A stretch of 63,849 nucleotides of DNA, counting the filler, from Lama guanicoe (lineage: Eukaryota), in assembly GCA_013239625.1 (NCBI GenBank). It is 209 parts of 209 records of this genome, joined end to end, with 100 filler letters (N's around TTAATTAATTAA, not from the genome) between each part and the next. Parts side by side here need not be neighbours in the genome. Positions count along the whole stretch, not along the records: positions 13,770 to 13,975 come from PNXV01033580.1; positions 14,076 to 14,281 come from PNXV01033581.1; positions 14,382 to 14,587 come from PNXV01033582.1; positions 14,688 to 14,893 come from PNXV01033583.1; positions 14,994 to 15,199 come from PNXV01033584.1; positions 15,300 to 15,505 come from PNXV01033585.1; positions 15,606 to 15,811 come from PNXV01033586.1; positions 15,912 to 16,117 come from PNXV01033587.1; 201 more parts are not named here. One strand, written 5' to 3'. Below the pieces are notes generated by a model, which had not been told where the DNA came from, did not search any database, and saw nothing but the letters and a program-made list of their open reading frames with translations. Below are positions 13,770-25,195 of this stretch, in pieces; positions within the stretch are counted from its first letter, which is position 1; every line of letters starts with the position of its first letter. The translations under genes and the position numbers were made by a program.

Positions 13770-13975
13770 CAATGTTGTGTTAATTTCTGGTGTACAACAC
13801 AGAGATTGAGTTATACTATACACGTATGTATATATAGATAGATATATATAAACATATATATGTTTCTTTTCATATTCTTTTTCATTATAGACTATTCCAA
13901 GGTACTGAATATAGTTCTCTGTGCTATACAGTAAGACCTTGTTGCTTATTCATTTTACATATAGTAGTTAGTATA
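13770..13975 (-). mobile_element. LINE-1 3' UTR fragment
   Basis: caatgttgtgttaatttctggtgtaca...tgaatatagttctctgtgctatacagta is the antisense counterpart of the 3' end at 11322. Confidence 0.88.
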
Positions 13976-14381
13976 NNNNNNNNNNNNNNNNNNNNNNNNN
14001 NNNNNNNNNNNNNNNNNNNTTAATTAATTAANNNNNNNNNNNNNNNNNNNNNNNNNNNNNNNNNNNNNNNNNNNNGGCGAAAAGCAGCTGTTGATGTAGG
14101 TCACAACAAGAAAGACAGGTGCTCAATTCAGAAACAAACAACTGCCCAAAATACTACTTCTGCGAGCTTCTAGAAAACATCAATCATATTAAAGTGAATT
14201 GTAATTTTCACCGATTCATTGTACTAATATATGGATTATCTGTGAGAAATCAAGAATGGTTACAAGGTCATATTCTTTGGGNNNNNNNNNNNNNNNNNNN
14301 NNNNNNNNNNNNNNNNNNNNNNNNNTTAATTAATTAANNNNNNNNNNNNNNNNNNNNNNNNNNNNNNNNNNNNNNNNNNNN

Positions 14382-14587
14382 AGGGACCCTGCAGAGTAAG
14401 CCCAGACCCCTCTGCTTCCCTGCTGCGGCCATTCTGGAGTGCCTAGGGTAGAATATCTCAGCTCTCCTGTGCCGCCACCCTTTAGAGTCACAAGGTGGTG
14501 GTATTTTCATTTTATGTGTGAGTCCACAGGCCAAGTGACTGAAGGGCATTAAGCTGCTACTTCTTTCATTTCTACTGCTCAACCCCT
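14382..14587 (+). repeat. Near-identical contig pair A (partner 14994..15199)
   Basis: 5 substitutions, no indels; first and last 49 bp identical. Confidence 0.95.
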
Positions 14588-16349
14588 NNNNNNNNNNNNN
14601 NNNNNNNNNNNNNNNNNNNNNNNNNNNNNNNTTAATTAATTAANNNNNNNNNNNNNNNNNNNNNNNNNNNNNNNNNNNNNNNNNNNNTCAACTACAACAC
14701 AGTAATTACAAAATTACAATACAGGACATTGTGTGCTTTATTAGATATCAGTACAAAAAAAAAGGAAAATAAGAGAGTGAATGCTATACAAAGAGCTAGG
14801 GAGGAAATTGGAAATAAATCTAGGCCTGAGTAATGGTTATTCAGATTTTCCTTGGGGAAGGTGACTCACCACCTTCCCATCTGTAGACTGAGTNNNNNNN
14901 NNNNNNNNNNNNNNNNNNNNNNNNNNNNNNNNNNNNNTTAATTAATTAANNNNNNNNNNNNNNNNNNNNNNNNNNNNNNNNNNNNNNNNNNNNAGGGACC
15001 CTGCAGAGTAAGCCCAGACCCCTCTGCTTCCCTGCTGCGGCCGTTCTGGAGTGCCTGGGGTAGAATATCTCAGCTCTCCTGTGCCGCCACCCTTTAAAGT
15101 CACAAGGTGGTGGTATTTTCCTTTTATGTGTGAGTCCACAGGCCAAGTGCCTGAAGGGCATTAAGCTGCTACTTCTTTCATTTCTACTGCTCAACCCCTN
15201 NNNNNNNNNNNNNNNNNNNNNNNNNNNNNNNNNNNNNNNNNNNTTAATTAATTAANNNNNNNNNNNNNNNNNNNNNNNNNNNNNNNNNNNNNNNNNNNNC
15301 CTGGTCTGCAGGTCACCATGATGCCATCGTCTTGAGGCAGACTCTTGGTGGGAAGATCTGTCATTCATCACCTCTATCTTGCTGGATGGGATAAGCAAAG
15401 TAAGAAGGTAATTTATGAAGAAATCAATGCGGCCATGCATCTGATCCAAGTGTTCCAGTCAGCTTTGTGAAATGAAGTTGATAGTTTCATTTTACACATC
15501 TGATCNNNNNNNNNNNNNNNNNNNNNNNNNNNNNNNNNNNNNNNNNNNNTTAATTAATTAANNNNNNNNNNNNNNNNNNNNNNNNNNNNNNNNNNNNNNN
15601 NNNNNTCTTAAATATGTGTAAATATAAACTCATTGAAAAAAACTTGCAGCATTCCAGGGTGAGTAGTCTTGTTAAAATAATATCCAGGCCACTACCAAAT
15701 TATTAAAAAAAATAATTAAAATTTTTTTGAATCACTTTCAGAAGTTCCAAACACAGTAGTATTTTTAAAAACACCAACCACTGCATAGTGCTTAAGACCA
15801 TTTAAGATGAANNNNNNNNNNNNNNNNNNNNNNNNNNNNNNNNNNNNNNNNNNNNTTAATTAATTAANNNNNNNNNNNNNNNNNNNNNNNNNNNNNNNNN
15901 NNNNNNNNNNNGAATGACAGAGAGGTGTGAACAGAACCAAACGGGAGAGGATGCCCGCCACCTGGCAGGGTCCTCATGCCCAACCCCCTGTAGGTAAGGA
16001 CAGCCACCACGAGGAGCGTCCCACCCCTCTCAGATCACCTGCGCACACTGTGTGGATGAACACAGAGCGCATCCGATCCACTTGCAACTCTTGGGGAGCA
16101 GCCTTTTCACCTCTGAGNNNNNNNNNNNNNNNNNNNNNNNNNNNNNNNNNNNNNNNNNNNNTTAATTAATTAANNNNNNNNNNNNNNNNNNNNNNNNNNN
16201 NNNNNNNNNNNNNNNNNGTTGTGGCCTGATACCTTGGTCTAGGGTCCTAGCAAAATAAAATCTTAACTTTAAAGTAGGTGTTGAAACCAGTTAAAAAGAG
16301 ACAGTTTATATTATGGCCTGAATCAGTGCTTTTAAAGGATGAATGGCCA

Positions 16350-16423
16350 TTTGAATCACCTGGGGATTTTCCTGAAGTGAAGATTCTGATTTCACAAGCC
16401 TGGGGCAGGGCCTGAGATTCTGC
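16350..16423. mobile_element. MER5A-like hAT MITE fragment
   Basis: gaatcacctgggga...agattctgatttca...ctggggcagggcctgagattctgc. Confidence 0.7.
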
Positions 16424-18053
16424 NNNNNNNNNNNNNNNNNNNNNNNNNNNNNNNNNNNNNNNNNNNNTTAATTAATTAANNNNNNNNNNNNNNNNNNNNN
16501 NNNNNNNNNNNNNNNNNNNNNNNTTACATAATGCTATAAACTAATGTTACAATAAAAAAAAAGAAAAAAAAATCCATCAGTCCAGTTTGCCCTTTGAATG
16601 GATCTTTTCTGGAACCTCACAAAAGCAGCTGGGTCGCTCACAGCTCACAACAATCCCCAGACACTCCGCCTTGACACAGAGGCTGTGCCGTGGAAGGCAG
16701 CCGGAGCGCTCTGTGCATACTTTCCGTTTNNNNNNNNNNNNNNNNNNNNNNNNNNNNNNNNNNNNNNNNNNNNTTAATTAATTAANNNNNNNNNNNNNNN
16801 NNNNNNNNNNNNNNNNNNNNNNNNNNNNNAGTACATAATAATAAGAAAGAACAGCTACATTTTAATTATCCAGGATATATTTACCAGGACATATTATACC
16901 GGGCTATATCAGAATGAATTCGAAAAAAATTTAGCATACAAGTGAAGTTTTAAACGTAACATTTAAGTCAGAAGATTGACGGTAATATTAAATTATTTGT
17001 TTATAAAGTTTTCACGTTCACTTAGAAGTGAAATTNNNNNNNNNNNNNNNNNNNNNNNNNNNNNNNNNNNNNNNNNNNNTTAATTAATTAANNNNNNNNN
17101 NNNNNNNNNNNNNNNNNNNNNNNNNNNNNNNNNNNTTTTGACTATTTCCCACAGCAACCTGAACATCCCCTCAGGTAACACTGGTCGCTGATAATTCCTT
17201 GTTCTGTGTCTGCCATCTTGACCCTGTGGATGTTCACTAATTGAGTCCCAGAACCAACCATTGGCTTGATACATACTGGGTGCTCAATAAATCTTCCTTT
17301 ACTTATGAGTGGATGGATGGATAGGTGGATGATGCAGGGATNNNNNNNNNNNNNNNNNNNNNNNNNNNNNNNNNNNNNNNNNNNNTTAATTAATTAANNN
17401 NNNNNNNNNNNNNNNNNNNNNNNNNNNNNNNNNNNNNNNNNGAGGAGCGGGAGGCAGCAGATGCAAGGCAGTAAATACTCTCTGCAAGCCTCTGGGGCTG
17501 GAGAACTCCGATCAGTGTTGACCAGAGCACCAGTTATGTTTTACTGGGCCCACACAGTATAACCCTTGGTTTTGGGGGGTTTGGGGTTTTTTGGGGTTTT
17601 TTTTAGAATTTTCTTTAATTCCTCAAACTTAATAATCAGGATTTACCNNNNNNNNNNNNNNNNNNNNNNNNNNNNNNNNNNNNNNNNNNNNTTAATTAAT
17701 TAANNNNNNNNNNNNNNNNNNNNNNNNNNNNNNNNNNNNNNNNNNNNTATCAGGGCGGTTAAATGGTCCAGAAAGGAAAGTGGCGGCGTCAAGCACAGCT
17801 TGCTTTAGCCACCTCTGCTCCCTGGGCACTTTCAGGTGGGGCGACCCCGCAGCGCCAGAGAACAGCCCTGCACCAGGACTGACCAGCGTGTGCTATGCCC
17901 CAGGTGACATCAGTGCATAATGCTTTTGGGGGGCCAAGGCTGCAAAACTTCTCNNNNNNNNNNNNNNNNNNNNNNNNNNNNNNNNNNNNNNNNNNNNTTA
18001 ATTAATTAANNNNNNNNNNNNNNNNNNNNNNNNNNNNNNNNNNNNNNNNNNNN

Positions 18054-18259
18054 AATCCTGTCGTATTCCCCAGGCTGAAGTGGACTGGGGGTCGGGGTGG
18101 GGCCGGTCACCTTTGACAGTTAAGAGTGTGACATTCTATAGCTGTTTGCACTATTCCTGTTTCATCAGAAGGTGGTGAGTCATGAGGCCAGGGCTGGAAT
18201 AAGGGAGGGCCTGCCTTCCAGTATGTGGTTTGGTTGGGTTTGATCTGACGGTGATGTAT
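18054..18259 (+). repeat. Near-identical contig pair B (partner 18360..18565)
   Basis: 4 substitutions; first and last 49 bp identical. Confidence 0.95.
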
Positions 18260-18665
18260 NNNNNNNNNNNNNNNNNNNNNNNNNNNNNNNNNNNNNNNNN
18301 NNNTTAATTAATTAANNNNNNNNNNNNNNNNNNNNNNNNNNNNNNNNNNNNNNNNNNNNAATCCTGTCGTATTCCCCAGGCTGAAGTGGACTGGGGGTCG
18401 GGGTGGGGGCGGTCACCTTTGACAGTTAAGAGTGTGACATTCTATAGCTGTTTGCACTGTTCCTGTTTCATCAGAAGGTGGTGAGTCATGAGGGCAGGGC
18501 TGGAATAAGGGAGGGTCTGCCTTCCAGTATGTGGTTTGGTTGGGTTTGATCTGACGGTGATGTATNNNNNNNNNNNNNNNNNNNNNNNNNNNNNNNNNNN
18601 NNNNNNNNNTTAATTAATTAANNNNNNNNNNNNNNNNNNNNNNNNNNNNNNNNNNNNNNNNNNNN

Positions 18666-18871
18666 TTACCTCATCAGCCAGTCAGAGAATTGTGCACCAG
18701 CTGATCAGGCACCCCGCAACCCCCTCCCTCACTTGGGCTTTAAATAGGCTTTGCGGAAACCCTTCGGAGAGTTTGGGGTTTTTCTTGGGCACGAGCCATG
18801 CTGTCCTCCTTTCTCGGCCCCACACTAAACCTTTCTCTGCTCCACACTTCAATGTTTCAGTTTGTTTGGCC
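18666..18871 (+). mobile_element. Endogenous retrovirus LTR fragment (ERV1-like U3/R region)
   Basis: CCAAT-like ccagtcagag, TATA-like tttaaata, gaaacccttcggagagtttgggg and a degenerate polyA signal before cctttctctgctcc; the layout resembles laurasiatherian ERV1 LTRs. Confidence 0.6.
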
Positions 18872-19277
18872 NNNNNNNNNNNNNNNNNNNNNNNNNNNNN
18901 NNNNNNNNNNNNNNNTTAATTAATTAANNNNNNNNNNNNNNNNNNNNNNNNNNNNNNNNNNNNNNNNNNNNAAGCTACAGGGAAACAAATACCCTTATAA
19001 GATGTTGAAGGAGGGAAAATGACAACTTCTACAGAAGAAGATTTGACAATGTCTATCAATTTTACAAATGCACAAACTCTTTGACCCAGAAGCTGAGTTC
19101 TAGGAGTTTATCTTATAGATAGTCTCACACACATGCATGTGAAATGATATATGCCTATGATTACATTTTTACTGGTGNNNNNNNNNNNNNNNNNNNNNNN
19201 NNNNNNNNNNNNNNNNNNNNNTTAATTAATTAANNNNNNNNNNNNNNNNNNNNNNNNNNNNNNNNNNNNNNNNNNNN

Positions 19278-19483
19278 AGAAACAAAAGCAAAAATAAACA
19301 AATGGGACTTAATTAAACTTATAAGCATTTGCACAGCAAAAGAAACCACAAGCAAAACAAATGACAACCTACCAAATGGGAGAAAACATTTGCAAATGAT
19401 GGGACTGACAAAGGCTTAATTTCCAGAATATATAAGCTCATACAACTTAATAACATAAAAACAAACAACCCAATCCAAAAATG
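19278..19483 (+). mobile_element. LINE-1 ORF2 fragment
   Basis: Begins ETKAKINKWDLIKLISICTAKET, then caacctaccaaatgggagaaaacatttgcaaa (QPT.WEK.FA) in a shifted frame. Confidence 0.93.
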
Positions 19484-20501
19484 NNNNNNNNNNNNNNNNN
19501 NNNNNNNNNNNNNNNNNNNNNNNNNNNTTAATTAATTAANNNNNNNNNNNNNNNNNNNNNNNNNNNNNNNNNNNNNNNNNNNNCCATACATTACTGTCTG
19601 GGGAAGGTATTTCTGGAGAGGCTGTTGGATTGAGAACCTTGAAAGAAACTGAGCTAGAATACAGAGACGCTCATTGGATATGAGGTCCCAGAGGTGGAGG
19701 AGGCATACAGAAAGGAACAGTGAGAGGAATGAAAACCAAGCTTTGGTAAAGCCAACAGCTAGAAAGAGCCCCAGAGAAATCCTGTGTGTNNNNNNNNNNN
19801 NNNNNNNNNNNNNNNNNNNNNNNNNNNNNNNNNTTAATTAATTAANNNNNNNNNNNNNNNNNNNNNNNNNNNNNNNNNNNNNNNNNNNNTGACAGAACAA
19901 CCAGGGGGACCTGTCAGAAAACATGTGTAGGGATGTCTTTCAGGGGAGCAGCCGCAAGAAGAATCATTACCCAAAAAGCACCTCGCGTCATTTCTTTAAC
20001 TAGGACAAAAGTTGGTTTTTGCTTCACTACCAGTTGCCTTTATCCAGATAAAACTGACAGCTTCCCTCATGTTCTGAATCTCTGTGTAAAAAGCANNNNN
20101 NNNNNNNNNNNNNNNNNNNNNNNNNNNNNNNNNNNNNNNTTAATTAATTAANNNNNNNNNNNNNNNNNNNNNNNNNNNNNNNNNNNNNNNNNNNNTTGAT
20201 GTGGAAAGCCCGAAGTCTGATGGCTACATTAGTGTTAAATTTACATGGTTGCTTAACCAATAGCCATAGAGATTCTGCCATGAATTATTTTTACTTTAAG
20301 TAGCCTATTCATTTGAACTAGAATAAAAACATTTTTGGGGAATTTCAAGTTGATTCAGATGTTCAAGAATCTTTCCCTCATCTAAGAACTGTTGTTTTTA
20401 GNNNNNNNNNNNNNNNNNNNNNNNNNNNNNNNNNNNNNNNNNNNNTTAATTAATTAANNNNNNNNNNNNNNNNNNNNNNNNNNNNNNNNNNNNNNNNNNN
20501 N

Positions 20502-20634
20502 GGTCTTTGTTGTAAAGCTCCTGTATATCCTAGCCCCTCCCCTACCTCTTTGGAGCAGTCCCTACGGCTTGAATCCTCCCACCGAATAAAACAAAACTCT
20601 CAACTTTTAGGCTGTGCATTTATTTCAGTCGACA
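20502..20634 (+). mobile_element. ERV LTR 3' end
   Basis: AATAAA at 20585..20590, followed by ctctcaacttttaggctgtgcat...tttcagtcgaCA, a retroviral CA terminus. Confidence 0.6.
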
Positions 20635-21113
20635 CTTTCTAAGTTCTCTTCATTGTAAAACAATTTCTCTTTTATTTCACACAATCACTTACTTTGTCTC
20701 TTTGGTTNNNNNNNNNNNNNNNNNNNNNNNNNNNNNNNNNNNNNNNNNNNNTTAATTAATTAANNNNNNNNNNNNNNNNNNNNNNNNNNNNNNNNNNNNN
20801 NNNNNNNGCTGCCCAAGAGGGCTTCTCCACCATACAATTAGCCAAGGAAAAATTTCTGAATTATTCCTAAGCCTGACCTGGTTCACAGCAGGCAAAGACT
20901 AACTCATCTTCCAGCCTCCTAAGACAAGATTTTAGGACCCAGCAGGCACCATGAAGCAAGCTGGTCACAGGGCAGAGATGGAGTTTGGTGCTGCAGAAGT
21001 GCAGCTCCCAACANNNNNNNNNNNNNNNNNNNNNNNNNNNNNNNNNNNNNNNNNNNNTTAATTAATTAANNNNNNNNNNNNNNNNNNNNNNNNNNNNNNN
21101 NNNNNNNNNNNNN

Positions 21114-21318
21114 GCTCTCTTCAGTCACAGGTGTTCCCTGTTAGGGGGAATCTGAGAAATACATTCCCTGACCTTGTGGAGGCAGTCTCTGTCACTGTGA
21201 TTTCCTGCAAAAACCCCTAGCATTTCCTGGCACAGAGATATCAGGAAAAAACCCAGGGGAGTCGAGTTTAGACATTCCTTTGGAACCCACGCGCTGCCGA
21301 CCGTTGGTGGAACCTCCC
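21114..21318 (+). repeat. Satellite DNA monomer fragment (~267-bp unit)
   Basis: Circularly permuted homolog of 56301..56505; the two overlap at both ends. Confidence 0.88.
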
Positions 21319-22336
21319 NNNNNNNNNNNNNNNNNNNNNNNNNNNNNNNNNNNNNNNNNNNNTTAATTAATTAANNNNNNNNNNNNNNNNNNNNNNNNNN
21401 NNNNNNNNNNNNNNNNNNCTCTTCTCTCCCAAATCGTCCCCCTTCCAGCTTGTTCAATAGGTAAATAGCATTTCTTCTTATTCACACCCGCCTTCCCCTG
21501 TTGAGAGGCCTTGCAGACAATCCCAAATCTGCGTGTCCGTGTGTCTAGGTGTCTCCAGATGCCCAGTGTTCCCAACTGACCTGGTCTTCACCTTGGACAC
21601 ATCAAATGACGTCTCCCAGCTGGANNNNNNNNNNNNNNNNNNNNNNNNNNNNNNNNNNNNNNNNNNNNTTAATTAATTAANNNNNNNNNNNNNNNNNNNN
21701 NNNNNNNNNNNNNNNNNNNNNNNNAAAAAAAATCTATCCTTTAATTTCATTTCATGATGGAAAATATGGGTTTGATGTACAAGGTCTAATTGTCCTCACC
21801 ACGTGTTAGAAATCCAAAGGCAGCTAAACATTAAGGTTAAATGATGATATCATGACTTACTCAGTTTGCATTTTACATCCAGTTGAAAACACAAACCCCT
21901 CGCCTCATTAATCCTTTGCAATCCAATTTTNNNNNNNNNNNNNNNNNNNNNNNNNNNNNNNNNNNNNNNNNNNNTTAATTAATTAANNNNNNNNNNNNNN
22001 NNNNNNNNNNNNNNNNNNNNNNNNNNNNNNTCCCAAAAGCGGATGCTACATTTTGGATGGCACCGGCACGGTATGGCACAGAGGACACCAATGCAGGTCT
22101 GCGGGACCATTCCCGCAGGCCCTGATATGTGACATCTATAGATATGCTTCCACTGTTGTGTCAGGAGACAGAGAAACTCTGGGAAGTACTGCTTTCATTG
22201 GGACCTTCCCGTGGCACTACAAAGCACAAGCGCACTNNNNNNNNNNNNNNNNNNNNNNNNNNNNNNNNNNNNNNNNNNNNTTAATTAATTAANNNNNNNN
22301 NNNNNNNNNNNNNNNNNNNNNNNNNNNNNNNNNNNN

Positions 22337-22368
<32 letters not shown>
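22337..22368. repeat. (TAA)n microsatellite
   Basis: About 10 units read directly at the contig start. Confidence 0.9.
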
Positions 22369-22369
<1 letters not shown>

Positions 22370-22783
22370 TGTGATAAAATTCTAATTAAATTAAAATGTA
22401 AATGAGATGAGACCTTTTGGGTAAATTCTTCAAAGTATATTTTTAAAAACGTATGCTTAAAATAATCTCTAAATATTTGGTATCTTTAAATTATAGAATT
22501 GTGCTAAATTAAGTTAAATGATGGGAGTTTATTAAATAGCTANNNNNNNNNNNNNNNNNNNNNNNNNNNNNNNNNNNNNNNNNNNNTTAATTAATTAANN
22601 NNNNNNNNNNNNNNNNNNNNNNNNNNNNNNNNNNNNNNNNNNGGTGTGAGAAAGGTCTTTTTCTTAGGCCCTTTAAAATCCTTATCTTTTAGCTGTACAC
22701 ATTTTTAGATGAAATAAGATTTGAAGCAAGAATCCAACGAATGGAACTGATTAAATAAACTCTAAAATAGTTAATCAAGTGAA

Positions 22784-22848
22784 TTTTTATTTTATTTATT
22801 TTTTAAATGGAGGTACTGAGATTGAACCCAGGACCTTGTGCATGCTAA
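22784..22848 (-). mobile_element. tRNA-Ala-derived SINE, 3' half with A-rich tail
   Basis: T-rich run followed by tggaggtactgagattgaacccaggaccttgtgcatgctaa (B box in antisense). Confidence 0.88.
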
Positions 22849-23254
22849 NNNNNNNNNNNNNNNNNNNNNNNNNNNNNNNNNNNNNNNNNNNNTTAATTAA
22901 TTAANNNNNNNNNNNNNNNNNNNNNNNNNNNNNNNNNNNNNNNNNNNNATGACAATTTCAAAGTAAGATTTGTAATTACCATAGGTTTTCTTTTTCATTT
23001 ACATTTTTTTAGTACTCTGAGTCAATTAACTAATAAAGAAAAATTTTATTTTGTGTTATTTAAATCAAGGATGTAAAGCCTGGCCATAACTGTAAGCAAC
23101 AGATCCAAGCAGAATTTTCAAGAAAGATTGTTCAGTTTCTCTTTATGTGGCACTNNNNNNNNNNNNNNNNNNNNNNNNNNNNNNNNNNNNNNNNNNNNTT
23201 AATTAATTAANNNNNNNNNNNNNNNNNNNNNNNNNNNNNNNNNNNNNNNNNNNN

Positions 23255-23460
23255 AAAGACTCCACACAAAAACTACTAGAGGTGATGAAAGAATTCAGCA
23301 ATGTAGCAGGATACAAGAATAACATACAGAAATCAGTGGCATTTCTTTACACAAACAACAAAAATATCAGAAAAGGGAAATAAAGAAATAATACCTTTAA
23401 AATTGCATCCAAAAAATAAAATATTCAGGAATAAATCTGACCAAGGAAGTGAAAGGCTTA
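23255..23460 (+). mobile_element. LINE-1 ORF2 reverse-transcriptase C-terminal fragment, frameshifted
   Basis: Translates [35 protein letters not shown] (L1 FS.V.GYKIN.QKS.AFLYT motif); the frame is then lost. Confidence 0.94.
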
Positions 23461-25090
23461 NNNNNNNNNNNNNNNNNNNNNNNNNNNNNNNNNNNNNNNN
23501 NNNNTTAATTAATTAANNNNNNNNNNNNNNNNNNNNNNNNNNNNNNNNNNNNNNNNNNNNTTTTTTTCCTACAATGTCAGTTGGTTTGGGGCTAACGATT
23601 AGTCCGTTTCAGGACTGAAATTTACCGTCACCAAAGGGTTAAGTTGCATATTGAGACAACATGGGTGGTTCAGCCCAACAACCACCACTTTGTACTTAAA
23701 TATGTGAACTCTTGCGGGAGAGAGAGTGCACACAGCGTCTCTGATCTTCAGTTCCTGCTTTTCTTTNNNNNNNNNNNNNNNNNNNNNNNNNNNNNNNNNN
23801 NNNNNNNNNNTTAATTAATTAANNNNNNNNNNNNNNNNNNNNNNNNNNNNNNNNNNNNNNNNNNNNAATTGAGAGTTCGCACTAGGCATCTGAAGAAGAA
23901 GAAGACAGGGTGCCTATTTTCACAGAACTCACAGTCCAGTGAGGGAGCCACACGTGTAGCCACAAACTTTGAATGCAATGCATAATGTGTTCCATTAGAG
24001 ATTTGATGAGAGTACAGAGAAGGGAGTGACTAGCCCTGCCTGGACTAAATAGAATGGCTTCAGATAGAGGTTNNNNNNNNNNNNNNNNNNNNNNNNNNNN
24101 NNNNNNNNNNNNNNNNTTAATTAATTAANNNNNNNNNNNNNNNNNNNNNNNNNNNNNNNNNNNNNNNNNNNNGAGATGTCCTGTCTCTCTCCTGTAACTC
24201 TTTCTCATAAGCTGACCAGAACGGGCTTCTCCCGTGTGCAAGCAAAGAACTCCAACTTACACCCTTCCTCGCATGTTCGGTTTTTAGGTTATTATCACAT
24301 GATTTTATGTGAACCATAAATAACTTCAATTGTACCTCTGATATCTTTAGAATCCTAAAACACAGACAGAAGTAGGATNNNNNNNNNNNNNNNNNNNNNN
24401 NNNNNNNNNNNNNNNNNNNNNNTTAATTAATTAANNNNNNNNNNNNNNNNNNNNNNNNNNNNNNNNNNNNNNNNNNNNAAGAAACAGGAGATGGCTTAGG
24501 GCAATATTAAAATAATTCAGGTGAAAAACAACAGGGGGTTGGAAGTGGCAAAAAGAGGAAAAAGCAAGATACACTTTAAAGGAAAGAGTTACCGAATCAG
24601 CTAACATATTGGATGTGAGCTGGAGAGGAAGAAGATGGCTGAGCCAGGCATCTGGACGAGCTGTCTGCACTTCCTGGGTTGGCGNNNNNNNNNNNNNNNN
24701 NNNNNNNNNNNNNNNNNNNNNNNNNNNNTTAATTAATTAANNNNNNNNNNNNNNNNNNNNNNNNNNNNNNNNNNNNNNNNNNNNCTCAGGGTGGTGGACT
24801 GGACCCAGCTCCCTGTGCCGCAGGCAAAGACCCGATTACCTTCCTGCTGTGGGAGATGCACTCGTGGGGCTGCATCAGGCTGCATATGATGCTCAGGCTT
24901 GTCCCATAACATTCACTATGTACCCAGAATGGAAGAAAGCGTTCTCCTAATCAGGAAGAAGAACTGGGAGGGTGTGACAGCTTGCCCCCANNNNNNNNNN
25001 NNNNNNNNNNNNNNNNNNNNNNNNNNNNNNNNNNTTAATTAATTAANNNNNNNNNNNNNNNNNNNNNNNNNNNNNNNNNNNNNNNNNNNN

Positions 25091-25195
25091 AATTGAATAT
25101 AGTTCCCTGTGCTATACAGCAGGACCTTGTTATTTATCTGTTTTATGTATAGTAGTTTTTATCTGCCAATCCAAACTCCCAATTTATCCCTCCCC
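25091..25195 (-). mobile_element. LINE-1 3' UTR fragment (truncated copy junction)
   Basis: ttgaatatagttccctgtgctatacagcaggaccttg...aaactcccaatttatccctcccc, homologous to 13770 and 35801. Confidence 0.85.

Noticed and set aside
14382..18565. Neighbouring near-identical contigs as genuine tandem gene duplications
   Set aside because: Order in this window is artificial, and the exact 49-bp shared ends mark assembly-graph bubbles.
22096..22121. GC-rich hairpin GGTCTGCGGGA-CCAT-TCCCGCAGGCC as an ncRNA or terminator
   Set aside because: An isolated 8-11 bp stem with no U tract or snoRNA/miRNA context; expected by chance in about 43 kb of sequence.
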